Below are positions 8,910-18,759 of a stretch of DNA of 64,000 bases, piece by piece. The notes below the pieces were generated by a model. That model was not told the DNA's origin. It did no database searches and was given only the letters and a program-made list of their open reading frames with translations. Position numbers and translations under genes: made by a program. The first letter of the stretch is position 1, and the number at the start of each line of letters is the position of its first letter. The stretch covers positions 48,417 to 112,416 of the forward strand of contig JBGTBD010000002.1 of assembly GCA_041749475.1 (NCBI GenBank). Reading direction: 5' to 3'. Source of the stretch: Rickettsiales bacterium. Lineage in GTDB: Bacteria; Pseudomonadota; Alphaproteobacteria; Rickettsiales; UBA998.

Positions 8910-10355
8910 ATGCCCATGGACGCCGACCTTATGCTGATAGTGCTCGCTGTTGCCCTCCTCATCATCGCCGGGATGGCGTTCATGCTGTTCCGCAAATCTG
9001 CACCCGGGCAGGATAGGGAAGAGATGCAGGATTTGCGTACTTCACAGCAGAATCTGTTGCAGGAACGTACCCGCGCCATCACCGAACGAGACGAGATGAA
9101 ACGCCAGATCGATGAGGTGAAAGAAGAGCGTGACGCGTTGCGCGAACAGGTCGCTATGGCTGAGAAGCGCGTCCATCAGGCCGAGAAACATGCGGAATTG
9201 GTGCAGCAAAAGAACGCGCAGCTGGAAGCGCAAATGGGCGAATGGGAAAAGACCAAAGAGGAAATGACGAAGGGGGCGCAAGCGGCATTGCTGAAAGCCG
9301 GGGCTGACCTTTCGACAAAACTTCTGGAAGATCATAAACGCGAAGCGACCGAGCAGAAGAAATTGCAGGAGGAACAGACGCGGCAGACGACGGAGAAGTT
9401 GTTCCAGCAATTCAACGAGGTGAGTAAGACGGTGTTCTCGTTGCGCGAAGATACGGTGACCAATCGCCAGCAGATGGAAAACGTCATGCGGGCGCTGACC
9501 AATCCGGGTGGAGCGGGGGCGATGGCGGAGATCGGGTTGCAGAACTCGCTAAAGAATCTCGGGCTGGAGCCGGGTCGGGATTTCGTGATGCAATATCATA
9601 TTGCGGGGGAGGAGCGGAACCTGCGCCCTGATGCGGTGATCTTCCTGCCGCAGGATATGGTGATGGTGGTGGATGCGAAAGCGTCGAAATTCCTGCTTGA
9701 GTTGGAAGAGGTGAAGGGGACGGAACGCGAAGCCGAGGTGCGCGAGAAATTGAAGAAGACGATGCAGAAGCATGTTTCTGACCTTGCATCGAAAGATTAT
9801 AAAGCGGCTATTCAGCAGAGTTACCGCGAGGCGGGGCGTGAGGGGAATATTGGCCGGGTGCTCAACGTCATGTATATGCCGACGGACAATGCGCTCGGGC
9901 ATATCCAGCAGGCGGATGCGGGGTTCGCAGAGCGGCTGGAGAAGTGTGAGATCATTCCCACGGGGCCGACGGGGCTCGCAGGATTGTTCGTGCTGGCGCG
10001 GATGCAGATCGCCGAGGCGCGGCAGTTGGAAAATCATGAGCGTATCATTGATGTGGTGCAGCAATTGATCGACGGGGTGGGAGTGATGCTCTCGCATGTC
10101 GATAGTTTGGGTAAAGGGATTCGGACGACGGCGGAATCGTTCAAGAAACTGGGTGGGTCGGCGAACCGGAATGTGTTGCCGAAGCTGAAGAAGCTGGAGA
10201 AGTTGGGCGCGTTGTCGGGCAAGAACCGTGAGTTGCCGAAACCGGTGGTGACGTATGAAGTGCATCGCTCGGAAGAGGTGATTACGCTTGATGCGGAGGA
10301 GGTGGAGATGGCGGAAACCGAGATGCGTCCGCGGTTGTTGGAGAACGTGAATTAG
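8910..10355 (+). CDS. rmuC: DNA recombination protein RmuC
   Basis: 481 aa: N-terminal TM helix, a long coiled-coil, then a RmuC-type nuclease region (MYMPTDNAL...). Confidence 0.85.
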   Translation: MPMDADLMLIVLAVALLIIAGMAFMLFRKSAPGQDREEMQDLRTSQQNLLQERTRAITERDEMKRQIDEVKEERDALREQVAMAEKRVHQAEKHAELVQQKNAQLEAQMGEWEKTKEEMTKGAQAALLKAGADLSTKLLEDHKREATEQKKLQEEQTRQTTEKLFQQFNEVSKTVFSLREDTVTNRQQMENVMRALTNPGGAGAMAEIGLQNSLKNLGLEPGRDFVMQYHIAGEERNLRPDAVIFLPQDMVMVVDAKASKFLLELEEVKGTEREAEVREKLKKTMQKHVSDLASKDYKAAIQQSYREAGREGNIGRVLNVMYMPTDNALGHIQQADAGFAERLEKCEIIPTGPTGLAGLFVLARMQIAEARQLENHERIIDVVQQLIDGVGVMLSHVDSLGKGIRTTAESFKKLGGSANRNVLPKLKKLEKLGALSGKNRELPKPVVTYEVHRSEEVITLDAEEVEMAETEMRPRLLENVN

Positions 10356-10363
10356 CCTTCAAC

Positions 10364-10480
10364 GTCATTCCAGCGAAAGCTGGAATCCAGTCGAGAGCGC
10401 CGTGGGCACGATATATTACTTAAGGGTTTGCCTGCACCGCAGACGCGGTGCGTTGGATTCCGGCTTTCGCTGGAATGACT
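10364..10480. repeat. Palindromic element, family A (long form)
   Basis: The arms are GTCATTCCAGCGAAAGCTGGAATCCAG and TTGGATTCCGGCTTTCGCTGGAATGAC. They flank an internal GCACCGCAGACGCGGTGC hairpin. Confidence 0.85.
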
Positions 10481-10503
10481 ATGTTTGAGATTCAATTATA
10501 CTT

Positions 10504-10557
10504 GTCATGCTGAACTTGTTTCAGCATCCATGGACCCTGAAACAAGTTCAGGGTGAC
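10504..10557. repeat. Palindromic element, family B
   Basis: GTCATGCTGAACTTGTTTCAGCATCC-ATGGACCCTGAAACAAGTTCAGGGTGAC. A second copy lies at 22806. Confidence 0.85.
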
Positions 10558-10564
10558 AAAACCA

Positions 10565-11155
10565 TTAAAACGGCAATCGCGCGCGTAATGCTGCGCCCAA
10601 CGTTCCTTCATCGAGATAATCCAACTCTCCGCCTACGGGAATACCTTGGGCGAGGCGGGTGATTTTGACGCCCGCGTCTTTTAGGCGTTCGGTGATGTAG
10701 TGGGCCGTGGTCTGGCCGTCGACGGTGGCGTTGGTGGCGAGGATGACTTCTGTCACCTCCGGGGCGCTGGCGCGTTCGATGAGATGGCCGATTTTCAACT
10801 GGTCGGGACCGATGCCGTCCATCGCGGAGAGGACGCCACCGAGTACATGGTATTTTCCGCGATAGAGAGAGGAGCGTTCGATGGCCCAGAGGTCGGCGAG
10901 GTCTTCAACCACGCAGAGCATCGCATTGTCGCGTTTTGGTTCATTACAGATGGCGCAGGGCGAGGTGGTGTCGAGATTGCCGCAGATGGAGCAGGTCTGG
11001 ATCGTGTCGGCGACGATTTGGAGTTCGCGAATCAGCGGCTGCAACAGGCTTTCGCGTTTTCGGATCAACTGGAGGACGATACGGCGGGCGGAGCGTGGCC
11101 CCAGCCCCGGCATCTTGCCGATGAGTGAAATCAGGTGTTCGAGTGGGGAGTGCAT
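10565..11155 (-). CDS. recR: Recombination protein RecR
   Basis: [25 protein letters not shown]..., the C4 zinc finger CSICGNL...CAIC, and a Toprim region. I start at the internal ATG (11155) rather than the track start at 11191. Confidence 0.93.
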   Translation of the reverse strand: MHSPLEHLISLIGKMPGLGPRSARRIVLQLIRKRESLLQPLIRELQIVADTIQTCSICGNLDTTSPCAICNEPKRDNAMLCVVEDLADLWAIERSSLYRGKYHVLGGVLSAMDGIGPDQLKIGHLIERASAPEVTEVILATNATVDGQTTAHYITERLKDAGVKITRLAQGIPVGGELDYLDEGTLGAALRARLPF

Positions 11156-11202
11156 AGTATGGTCGTACCGCGAACAGGACTCTATTTCCACTACGAAAAT
11201 AT

Positions 11203-11273
11203 GTCATTCCCGTGAAAACGGGAATCTATGGTGGTTTATGGGAAGATGGATCCCCGCTTTCGCGGGGATGACA
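11203..11273. repeat. Palindromic element, family A
   Basis: GTCATTCCCGTGAAAACGGGAATC ... GGATCCCCGCTTTCGCGGGGATGAC. Confidence 0.8.
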
Positions 11274-11295
11274 ACATTATGGGATGAGAGACTAT

Positions 11296-11946
11296 TTAGC
11301 GGCGGCGCGGATGTTTATTGGTGCGCGGGTCTTTGAAGATGAAGAGGGATTCCTGCAAAGGATGGCCGTATTTGGCGTTGCTGAGGGAGACGTTGGTTTC
11401 CTTGCCCTCTTTGTCCTTGAGCATGAGGTTGCGCAGTTGCAGGGGGCTGTCGGTTAGTTCCATCGTCAACTCACCGTCCTCGGGTGCGTCCTGTAAGGTG
11501 ATACGGATGCGGATGACGTTGTTGACCGCTTCGGCTTGCAGTACCTTGATAACATCGGGGTCGAAGTCGATCTTGGCTTGGGCGAGAAATCCGGCCAGGG
11601 TGTCGTCCAGCGGGATGTTGCTGACCTGCTGCAATTCGTAATCGTAATAGATCAGAAATTTGCCGTTGGAGATCATCAGCACGGGGATGGGTGGGTCATA
11701 TTGCCAGCGCATCTTGCCGGGGCGCTTGAGAAAAAATTTTCCGGTAGCGAGGGAGCCGTCCGGCGCGAGCTGGACGAAATCGGATTCTATAGTGCTGAGA
11801 CTGTTTAGATATTTTGATACGCGTTCCAGCAGGCCCGCTTGTGAGTTCACCGGAGCCGCGGATGCTGTGCTGGAAAACACAGTCAGCAGGCAAAGAAGAG
11901 CAAGTGCAGGGCGAAAGCGTGGCATCATACTTAAGAGATAATGCAA
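11296..11946 (-). CDS. lolA: Outer-membrane lipoprotein carrier protein LolA
   Basis: 216 aa with a signal peptide. LolA-like motifs are present (F.Q......G.F.LKRPGKMRWQY). It sits immediately downstream of ftsK, the conserved order. Confidence 0.8.
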   Translation of the reverse strand: MHYLLSMMPRFRPALALLCLLTVFSSTASAAPVNSQAGLLERVSKYLNSLSTIESDFVQLAPDGSLATGKFFLKRPGKMRWQYDPPIPVLMISNGKFLIYYDYELQQVSNIPLDDTLAGFLAQAKIDFDPDVIKVLQAEAVNNVIRIRITLQDAPEDGELTMELTDSPLQLRNLMLKDKEGKETNVSLSNAKYGHPLQESLFIFKDPRTNKHPRRR

Positions 11947-11969
11947 AGTGTGCCTTGCAGCAAGATGGT

Positions 11970-14267
11970 TTATCGCGCTAATACCTCACGTTTGCCGATA
12001 TGGTTGGCGGCTCCGACGAGGCCTTCCTTCTCCATCTTCTCGATGATGCGGGCGGCGCGGTTGTAGCCGATCTTCAGGTGGCGCTGGATGTAGCTGGTGG
12101 AGGCCTTGCGGTCACGCAGGACGATCTGGACGGCGCGGTCGTAGAGTTGCTTATCCTCTTCGGTTTCCTCTTCCTCTCCGAATTCGTCGGCGGCTTCTTC
12201 ATCGTCATAGGTGACGGCTTCGATATATTCCGGTTCGCCTTGTGACTTCAGGTGTTTCACCACGTCTTCCACTTCCGCGTCGCCGATGAAGGGGCCGTGG
12301 ATACGGGTGATGCGCCCGCCGCCGGCCATATAGAGCATATCGCCCTGTCCGAGCAGTTGTTCCGCGCCCTGTTCACCGAGGATGGTACGGCTGTCGATTT
12401 TGGAGGTGACCTGGAAGCTGATACGGGTCGGGAAGTTGGCCTTGATGACACCCGTGATGACGTCCACGGAAGGACGCTGCGTCGCCATTATGAGGTGAAT
12501 CCCGGCGGCACGCGCCATCTGTGCCAGACGCTGGATGGAGCCTTCGATTTCTTTCCCCGCCGTCAGCATCAAATCGGCCATTTCATCGACGATGATGACG
12601 ATGAAGGGTAGTGGTTCGGTATCCATCTCCTGATCCTCGAAGATGGGTTTGCCGGTCTCGGGGTCGAAGCCGGTCTGTACCTGGCGTTTCAATACTTCGC
12701 CGGTGCGCTTGGCTTCTTTCAGGCGTTTGTTATAGCTGTCGATATTGCGCACGCCGAGCGTGGACATCAGGCGATAGCGGTTTTCCATCTCGCGCACAGC
12801 CCATTTGAGGGCGACGACGGCTTTGCCCGGTTCGGTCACTACGGGGGAGAGGAGGTGGGGGATGCCGTCATAGACGGACAATTCCAGCATCTTCGGATCG
12901 ACCATGATGAAGCGGCACTGGCTGGGGGTGAGGTGATAGGCCAAGGACATGATCATGGTATTGATGGCGACGGATTTGCCCGACCCGGTCGTCCCTGCAA
13001 CGAGCAAGTGCGGCATGCGGGCGAGATCGACCACGATGGGGTCGCCACCGATGTCGCGGCCTAATGCGAGTGGCAGGGCGCATTTGCTGTCGGAGAAGGT
13101 TTCGTCCTCCAGCAAGTCACGCAGGAATACGGTTTCGCGGGTGCGGTTGGGTAGTTCGATACCGATGCCGTTCTTACCCGGGATCACGGCTATACGGGCG
13201 GAGATGGCGCTCATGGAACGGGCGATGTCGTCCGCCAAGCCGATGACGCGGGAGGATTTCGTGCCCGGTGAGGGCTCCAACTCATATAAGGTGACAACGG
13301 GGCCGGGTTTGATGCCTGCCATCTCGCCATTGATACCGAAGTCCTGCAATACCGCGCCGAGCATCTTGGCGTTCTGCTGGAGGGAGGCATCGCTGACTTG
13401 TGTTTTCTTGGATTTCTCGCCGGATTTCAGCAAAGTATAGGCGGGGAGTTCGTAATCGCCTTGTTTGGGACGGAGTTCGAACGAGGCCTGTTTCTTCTGG
13501 GGTTTGGATTTGCGCGATACGGCTTGCTTCACCTTGATGGCGGGCGCGTCGTCCTCATCCTCTTCTTCGTACTGGAATTCGTCTTCTTCGTCATCGTCCT
13601 GCGTCAGGGCGATCTGCTTGGCGCGGGGTTTCTTCTTCGCTGGCTTACTCGCTTCACCACGGAAAGCGTCACGAATCAGTCCCGCGACGACGGTGGCGTA
13701 GGCGCTGATGATCAGGAAGAAGCCCCCGATGTACCGCCATTCATGACGGCTGAGCGCCATTGAGAGAGTAAGTAAGGCGATGGACAGTCCGAAACAGATA
13801 GGAACCATCAGGAAAGCAGGGAGAATCATCGTCGCTTTTTCATAGAGCAATAGCCCCATCGCCCCGCCAAAGCCGCTGGCGATGGGCCAGAAAGTGTAGG
13901 GCTTGATGGCGGCGAGAGCGGTGGAGAAGGTCATCAGTGCCAAGCAGAAGAAAGCGACGCGTAACCAGAACAGGCGCAGTACATCTCCGGTCACCAACCG
14001 CCAGCCCCATGCGAAGAGGAGCGCGGAGACGAGGAAGCTGCCGAGGCCGAAGGTCTGCAATATAATGTCGGAAAGCGTCGCGCCGAAGGGGCCGCCGAGA
14101 TTCTTCACCGGCTCGCTGGTGGCACGGTTCATCGAGGGGTCGCCACTATGGTAGGTGATGAGGCTGAGTAGCAAGAAACCTGCGATCAAAAAGCAAAGCA
14201 CCCCAGCGAAACGTCCATAGCGTTGTACAGCAAAAAGGGGCATCGGTGCGGTCATTGCTTTAGCCAT
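11970..14267 (-). CDS. ftsK: DNA translocase FtsK
   Basis: 765 aa: N-terminal TM helices, an acidic linker, the Walker A motif GTTGSGKS, and a C-terminal gamma domain (YDRAVQIVLRDRKASTSYIQRHLKIGYNRAARIIEKME). Confidence 0.95.
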   Translation of the reverse strand: MAKAMTAPMPLFAVQRYGRFAGVLCFLIAGFLLLSLITYHSGDPSMNRATSEPVKNLGGPFGATLSDIILQTFGLGSFLVSALLFAWGWRLVTGDVLRLFWLRVAFFCLALMTFSTALAAIKPYTFWPIASGFGGAMGLLLYEKATMILPAFLMVPICFGLSIALLTLSMALSRHEWRYIGGFFLIISAYATVVAGLIRDAFRGEASKPAKKKPRAKQIALTQDDDEEDEFQYEEEDEDDAPAIKVKQAVSRKSKPQKKQASFELRPKQGDYELPAYTLLKSGEKSKKTQVSDASLQQNAKMLGAVLQDFGINGEMAGIKPGPVVTLYELEPSPGTKSSRVIGLADDIARSMSAISARIAVIPGKNGIGIELPNRTRETVFLRDLLEDETFSDSKCALPLALGRDIGGDPIVVDLARMPHLLVAGTTGSGKSVAINTMIMSLAYHLTPSQCRFIMVDPKMLELSVYDGIPHLLSPVVTEPGKAVVALKWAVREMENRYRLMSTLGVRNIDSYNKRLKEAKRTGEVLKRQVQTGFDPETGKPIFEDQEMDTEPLPFIVIIVDEMADLMLTAGKEIEGSIQRLAQMARAAGIHLIMATQRPSVDVITGVIKANFPTRISFQVTSKIDSRTILGEQGAEQLLGQGDMLYMAGGGRITRIHGPFIGDAEVEDVVKHLKSQGEPEYIEAVTYDDEEAADEFGEEEETEEDKQLYDRAVQIVLRDRKASTSYIQRHLKIGYNRAARIIEKMEKEGLVGAANHIGKREVLAR

Positions 14268-14391
14268 AACATCCTCACTCTTATTTATTTGAGTATATCA
14301 GTGTCAACGTAGCCTTTTTAGCGATTCACTAGTTAAAGCTTGGTTAAGTTCTGGCTTTTCTCGGACTGTGACGTAAAAACACTTTATTAAG

Positions 14392-14530
14392 CCTCTCCCA
14401 CCGGGAGAGGCTGGATTTCTCCTTAGAAATCCGAGTGAGGGCCCTTTCGCCGTCCGCCCCCTCACCCAGCTTCGGCTAAGTTCGCTAGCGTTCACTAAGC
14501 CTGCGCAACCCTCTCTCTCAGGGAGAGGGA
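14392..14530. repeat. Composite palindromic element, family D
   Basis: CCTCTCCCACCGGGAGAGG-CTGGATTTCTCCTTAGAAATCCG-AGTGAGGGCC...CCCCTCAC ... CCCTCTCTCTCAGGGAGAGGG. The first ~50 nt recur inside valS (42709-42759). Confidence 0.75.
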
Positions 14531-14580
14531 AGAGGGGCAAACGCCGCTTGCCAATCATTTCGCGAGTCTCTACATATATT

Positions 14581-14675
14581 CCCGGCTGGCGGCGGGCGAT
14601 GACCCCGTGAACCCGGTCAGGTCCGAAAGGAAGCAGCCGTAACGGATTGTTTATCGGGTCGTCCGCCAGTCCTTT
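14581..14675 (+). ncRNA. ffs: Signal recognition particle RNA (4.5S, small bacterial type)
   Basis: The conserved domain IV motif GGTCAGGTCCGAAAGGAAGCAGCC is present. The terminal helix pairs CTGGCGG (14586-) with CCGCCAG (14663-). It sits upstream of dnaX, a commonly conserved position. Ends are approximate. Confidence 0.8.
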
Positions 14676-14691
14676 TCCTACTCCCCTCATT

Positions 14692-14768
14692 GTCATTCCC
14701 GCGAAAGCGGGAATCCATGCCCATTTATGCACTAATCCTATGTGGATTCCCGCTTTCGCGGGAATGAC
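14692..14768. repeat. Palindromic element, family A
   Basis: GTCATTCCCGCGAAAGCGGGAATCCATG ... GTGGATTCCCGCTTTCGCGGGAATGAC. Confidence 0.85.
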
Positions 14769-14856
14769 AGCATATGTTAGGAATGACAAGATACTTAGGC
14801 GTAAAAATTAATATTATCTGTTGTCGCCACTACCCCCCCGCACTATAACTGGGGTC

Positions 14857-16587
14857 ATGTCCGAAACCTACCGCGTCCTTGCCCGTAAATACCGCCCCCG
14901 GAATTTCGATGATCTCGTCGGTCAGGAGGCGCTGGTGCGCACCCTGTCCAACGCCATCCGTACTGGGCGGATCGCCCATGCATTCCTGCTGACGGGAATT
15001 CGTGGGGTGGGGAAGACGACGACGGCGCGCATCATTGCACGGGCACTCAATTGCACGGGGGCGGACGGGAATGGCGGGCCGACGGCGAATCCCTGCGGCG
15101 AATGTTCCAACTGCGTGCAGATCGGGCAGGATCGGCATGTCGATGTCATCGAGATGGATGCGGCGTCCCGCACCGGCGTGGGCGATATCCGTGACCTGAT
15201 CGAGACCGTGCCTTACGCCCCGGCGCAAGGGCGCTATAAAATCTATATCATCGACGAGGTGCACATGCTCTCGACCAGCGCGTTCAACGCGCTGCTGAAA
15301 ACGCTTGAGGAGCCCCCGGCACATGTGATCTTCATTTTCGCGACGACGGAATTGCGTAAAATCCCGGTGACCATCCTTTCGCGTTGCATGTGTTTCGATC
15401 TGCGGCGGTTGGATACGGATAGTTTGCGTGACCATTTGAAGAATATCTGCGGCAAGGAGCAAGTCTCTGCCGACGACGATGCGTTGCAACTTCTTGCTAT
15501 TGCCGCAGAGGGGTCGGTGCGGGATTCATTGTCGTTGCTTGACCAAGCGATTGCGCATTCTGCGGGCGAGGGAAATACGCTGCATATTGATACTAACACG
15601 GTGCGTTCCATGCTGGGGCTCGCCGACCGGACGCGTGTATTCGCGTTGTTGGAGACGTTGTTGGGGGGGGATATCCAGCAGGCGCTTGTGGAGTTGCGCG
15701 GGCAATATGCATCGGGCGCAGACCTTGGGATGGTGTTTCAGGATCTGTTGCAGTTGATTCACCTGACCATGCGTCTGGCGATCGACCCTAAGGCAGATCT
15801 CGGGCCGGGATATGCGGAAAATGAAATCGCCTTGGCGAACAAGTTAGCGGCGGCATCGGACGTGCCCTCCCTGTCACGCGCATGGCAGATACTGGGCAAA
15901 GGCCTCGATGAATTGCGCCGCGCCGGGGATATGTTGATGACCGCGGAGATGGTGATTATCCGCCTTGCATATACCTCTACCTTGCCGACGCCTGCAGATA
16001 TCGCAGCGATGCCGGATGATGCTTCGGGGAGCAATCCCGCACCGCGTGCTGCCGTTACGGCATCCGGTGGTGGGTTCAGCGGTAGCGGTAACAGCAGTTA
16101 TGCTGCGTCTGCGCCGATTGGCAATGGTGCGCCGATGGCGGCGCGCCATATGGAGCCGGTTGCACAGTTGGCTGAAACGCCCGTTGCTAAGGCGCAGCAT
16201 CTGACGCTGGCGGCGCATAACCCGGCGATTGAGTTGCATACGTTACAGGATATTTTAGAGCTTTGTGATCGCCAGCGTGAACCGTCATTGCAATATTTAC
16301 TGACACATCAGGTGGCGGTCGCCGAGGTGGCAGCGGGTAAGGTCGTGCTGGCCGAATCCGTGCATGCGACGTCGGAAACGATGCGGAAGCTTGCGCAATT
16401 ACTTGAACGGGCAACAGATACAGAATGGTCTATTACCACCACGCGCGCGCCGGAGGTGCTGACGGTGGCCGAGCAGAAAAAAATCATATACCAGCAAGAA
16501 CTCAAAGATGCGGCCAATCACCCGAACGTGAAAGCGGTGCTTGACCTTTTTCCCACCGCCACGCTATTAGACGTGACCGACAAGTAA
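14857..16587 (+). CDS. dnaX: DNA polymerase III subunit gamma/tau
   Basis: MSETYRVLARKYRPRNFDDLVGQE..., the Walker A motif GIRGVGKTT, and the zinc module CGECSNC. I start at the ATG at 14857, not the TTG at 14821 given by the track. Confidence 0.95.
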   Translation: MSETYRVLARKYRPRNFDDLVGQEALVRTLSNAIRTGRIAHAFLLTGIRGVGKTTTARIIARALNCTGADGNGGPTANPCGECSNCVQIGQDRHVDVIEMDAASRTGVGDIRDLIETVPYAPAQGRYKIYIIDEVHMLSTSAFNALLKTLEEPPAHVIFIFATTELRKIPVTILSRCMCFDLRRLDTDSLRDHLKNICGKEQVSADDDALQLLAIAAEGSVRDSLSLLDQAIAHSAGEGNTLHIDTNTVRSMLGLADRTRVFALLETLLGGDIQQALVELRGQYASGADLGMVFQDLLQLIHLTMRLAIDPKADLGPGYAENEIALANKLAAASDVPSLSRAWQILGKGLDELRRAGDMLMTAEMVIIRLAYTSTLPTPADIAAMPDDASGSNPAPRAAVTASGGGFSGSGNSSYAASAPIGNGAPMAARHMEPVAQLAETPVAKAQHLTLAAHNPAIELHTLQDILELCDRQREPSLQYLLTHQVAVAEVAAGKVVLAESVHATSETMRKLAQLLERATDTEWSITTTRAPEVLTVAEQKKIIYQQELKDAANHPNVKAVLDLFPTATLLDVTDK

Positions 16588-16635
16588 TGAAAGGATGCGC
16601 GAGAGCGCGGCATTCAAAAACCAAGGAGAGAGAAA

Positions 16636-16956
16636 ATGAATATTCAGCAGATGATGAAACAAGCGCAGAAGATGCAGCAAAAGATTGCCACGCTTCAGGA
16701 GGAGATGGAAGGTCGTGAGATCGAAGGTGCGGCAGGTGGCGGTATGGTGAAGATGACGCTGACCGGCAAAGGCAATATGGTGAAAATCTCTATCGACCCA
16801 TCGCTTCTGGTTGCAGATGAGAAAGAGATGCTGGAAGACCTGATCGTCGCTGCGCATAACGATGCGAAAGGCAAGGTGGAATCCACCTTTAATGACGAAA
16901 TGTCCAAAGTCACGGGCGGTATGGGGTTGCCGGCTGATTTCAAATTGCCGTTTTAA
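16636..16956 (+). CDS. ybaB: YbaB/EbfC nucleoid-associated protein
   Basis: 106 aa beginning MNIQQMMKQAQKMQQKI... It lies directly after dnaX. Confidence 0.9.
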   Translation: MNIQQMMKQAQKMQQKIATLQEEMEGREIEGAAGGGMVKMTLTGKGNMVKISIDPSLLVADEKEMLEDLIVAAHNDAKGKVESTFNDEMSKVTGGMGLPADFKLPF

Positions 16957-17012
16957 TTATTCTCTTTTCTTGCTTAGTAGCCTATCAACGGGATGGGCTA
17001 GGTAATAATTCC

Positions 17013-17071
17013 ATCATTCCTGCGAAAGCAGGAATCCAGACATTCTGGATGCCAGCATTCGCTGGCATGAC
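17013..17071. repeat. Palindromic element, family A (degenerate)
   Basis: ATCATTCCTGCGAAAGCAGGAATCCAGACATTCTGGATGCCAGCATTCGCTGGCATGAC. Confidence 0.7.
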
Positions 17072-17089
17072 GCGGAATAATACGGGTGT

Positions 17090-18220
17090 TTGTACATGAA
17101 CTCTTCCGGCACATCCCTCTATTTTCCGCACCTGAATCTGCTGCGCGCATTCGCGGCGTTGACGGTGGTCCTCTATCACATCATCCGGTTGAAACCGTGG
17201 CCTGAATTCCCGGCACATACTTTCCCGTTCCAGTGGTTCGATTACGGGTGGATGGCTGTAGATATCTTTTTCGTGCTGAGTGGGTTCGTTATTATGCTGA
17301 CCGCGCAGGCGGAACTGGCGCAAGGGGGACAAGCGCAGAAGCGGTTTGTGATCCGGCGGCTGACGCGCATCCTGCCGCTTTATTTCCTGACCCTGTTCGC
17401 CGACCTCTTCATTCGCCAGCCAGAATTGCTACAAAATGATATGTTCTGGGCGCACCTGATGCTGCATGTGGGGATGATCCATAACTGGTCGATCGCCGCG
17501 CATGATTCCATCGACGGGCCGAACTGGACGCTGGCGTTCGAGATGCAGTTCTACCTACTGGTCTGGGTGTTGATGCCGCTACTGGCGCGGATGCGATGGC
17601 AATGGTTATTGGCGGCGGTTCTTGTCATCACGTTCGGGTGGCGGGCGGCAGTGTTCGCTATCGCGGAATCGGAAGGGTTCGAGCTGAGCTGGAAATTCAT
17701 CTACGCGGTGCAGGTTCCGGGGATGCTTGACCAGCTTGGGTTCGGTATGATCTTGGGCAAATGGGTGTTCGGGAATCATCCTTATTATCAGAAAATGATG
17801 CAGTCGCCGCAGCGTAACGGGTGGTTACTGGTCGGCGCAGCATTCTTCGTATTTGCGCTCGGGATGGCGTTCATGTGGCCGGAGCGGCGGGATTATTGGG
17901 ATACCTGGAGTATCGTAGTGTTCTTCCGCAGTTTCCTTGCGCTGTCCTTCGCACTACTAGTGGCAGGGATGGTAATATTACCGCGTTCCGAGAAGCCGAA
18001 TGTGGCGCTACGCACCGGCTATTTTCTGGGTGAAATCAGTTATGGCATCTATCTGTGGCATATGATCGCGCTGTGGATGCTGAGGCGGTTGGAGATTGTC
18101 AGCGGCGGCGTCTTCACTATCTTACTGGTGGCGGTTTCCGTCACGCTTGCTATCATCACCTTTTACACCGTCGAACGCCCGGCTATGCGCTGGGGACGGA
18201 AGATCTGCAAAACACTTTAG
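17090..18220 (+). CDS. Acyltransferase-3 family integral membrane protein (OafA-like)
   Basis: 376 aa and polytopic. The N-terminus FPHLNLLRAFAALTVVLYH is typical of the family. Confidence 0.75.
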   Translation: MYMNSSGTSLYFPHLNLLRAFAALTVVLYHIIRLKPWPEFPAHTFPFQWFDYGWMAVDIFFVLSGFVIMLTAQAELAQGGQAQKRFVIRRLTRILPLYFLTLFADLFIRQPELLQNDMFWAHLMLHVGMIHNWSIAAHDSIDGPNWTLAFEMQFYLLVWVLMPLLARMRWQWLLAAVLVITFGWRAAVFAIAESEGFELSWKFIYAVQVPGMLDQLGFGMILGKWVFGNHPYYQKMMQSPQRNGWLLVGAAFFVFALGMAFMWPERRDYWDTWSIVVFFRSFLALSFALLVAGMVILPRSEKPNVALRTGYFLGEISYGIYLWHMIALWMLRRLEIVSGGVFTILLVAVSVTLAIITFYTVERPAMRWGRKICKTL

Positions 18221-18229
18221 GAGGACATC

Positions 18230-18715
18230 ATGCCCAGTTTCGATATTGAATCTAAAACGGACTTACGCGAAGTCGATAACGCCTTGCAGAACGTGCAGCG
18301 GGAAATCGATACGCGGTTCGATTTCAAAGGCAGTAAAACCAGTATCGAACGCAAAGATAATGAAATTACATTGCTCGCTGATGATGAGTATAAACGCGAG
18401 CAGGTGGAAGGGATGATCAAGGGCCATATCACACGCCGCAAACTGGATGCCAAATCGCTGGAGTTTAAAGATCCGCAAGGGGCGTCCGGCAATACGCTGC
18501 GGCAGATCATACTCATCAAGCAAGGCATAGATACGGAAACGGCGAAGAAAATCACCAAGTTCGTCAAGGAATCGAAGTTGAAAGTGCAAGCCTCCATTCA
18601 AGGGGATTCCGTACGAGTGACGGGCAAGAAACGCGACGATTTGCAGGAAGCTATCGCGGCGATTAAAGCAATGAACCTTGAGTTACCCTTGCAGTTCGAT
18701 AACTTCCGCGAGTAG
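18230..18715 (+). CDS. yajQ: YajQ-family nucleotide/c-di-GMP-binding protein (UPF0234)
   Basis: 161 aa beginning MPSFDIESKTDLREVDNALQNVQREIDTRFDFKGS..., which is diagnostic of YajQ. Confidence 0.9.
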   Translation: MPSFDIESKTDLREVDNALQNVQREIDTRFDFKGSKTSIERKDNEITLLADDEYKREQVEGMIKGHITRRKLDAKSLEFKDPQGASGNTLRQIILIKQGIDTETAKKITKFVKESKLKVQASIQGDSVRVTGKKRDDLQEAIAAIKAMNLELPLQFDNFRE

Positions 18716-18759
18716 TTTCTCTCCTGAAACTAATGCGGCAATGCCGCTGTTCAAACTGA

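Noticed and set aside
14304-14789. 161-aa minus-strand ORF spanning the ftsK-dnaX intergenic region.
   Set aside because: It is composed almost entirely of palindromic repeat sequence (VIPAKAGIH / IPAFAGMT peptides). It also runs antisense through the SRP RNA. It is a spurious ORF.
16477-16483. An A7 run in dnaX as a possible programmed frameshift site producing the gamma subunit.
   Set aside because: It lies about 35 codons from the 3' end of dnaX, far downstream of where gamma is truncated in E. coli. No downstream stem-loop or upstream SD-like element is evident.
16985-17332. Repeat-derived ORFs with 'PANAGIQ / IPAFAGM' peptides. This entry also covers 38499-38900, 61407-61733, 10881-11336 and 61500-62063.
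   Set aside because: Each starts or ends inside a family A palindromic element and otherwise runs antisense or out of frame to a well-supported gene. The same peptide motif recurring from a DNA repeat is not evidence of coding.
18716-18759. A bidirectional rho-independent terminator between the convergent yajQ and ilvD genes (GCGGC-AAT-GCCGC).
   Set aside because: The stem is only 5 bp and there is no convincing U-tract on either strand. It is too weak to call.
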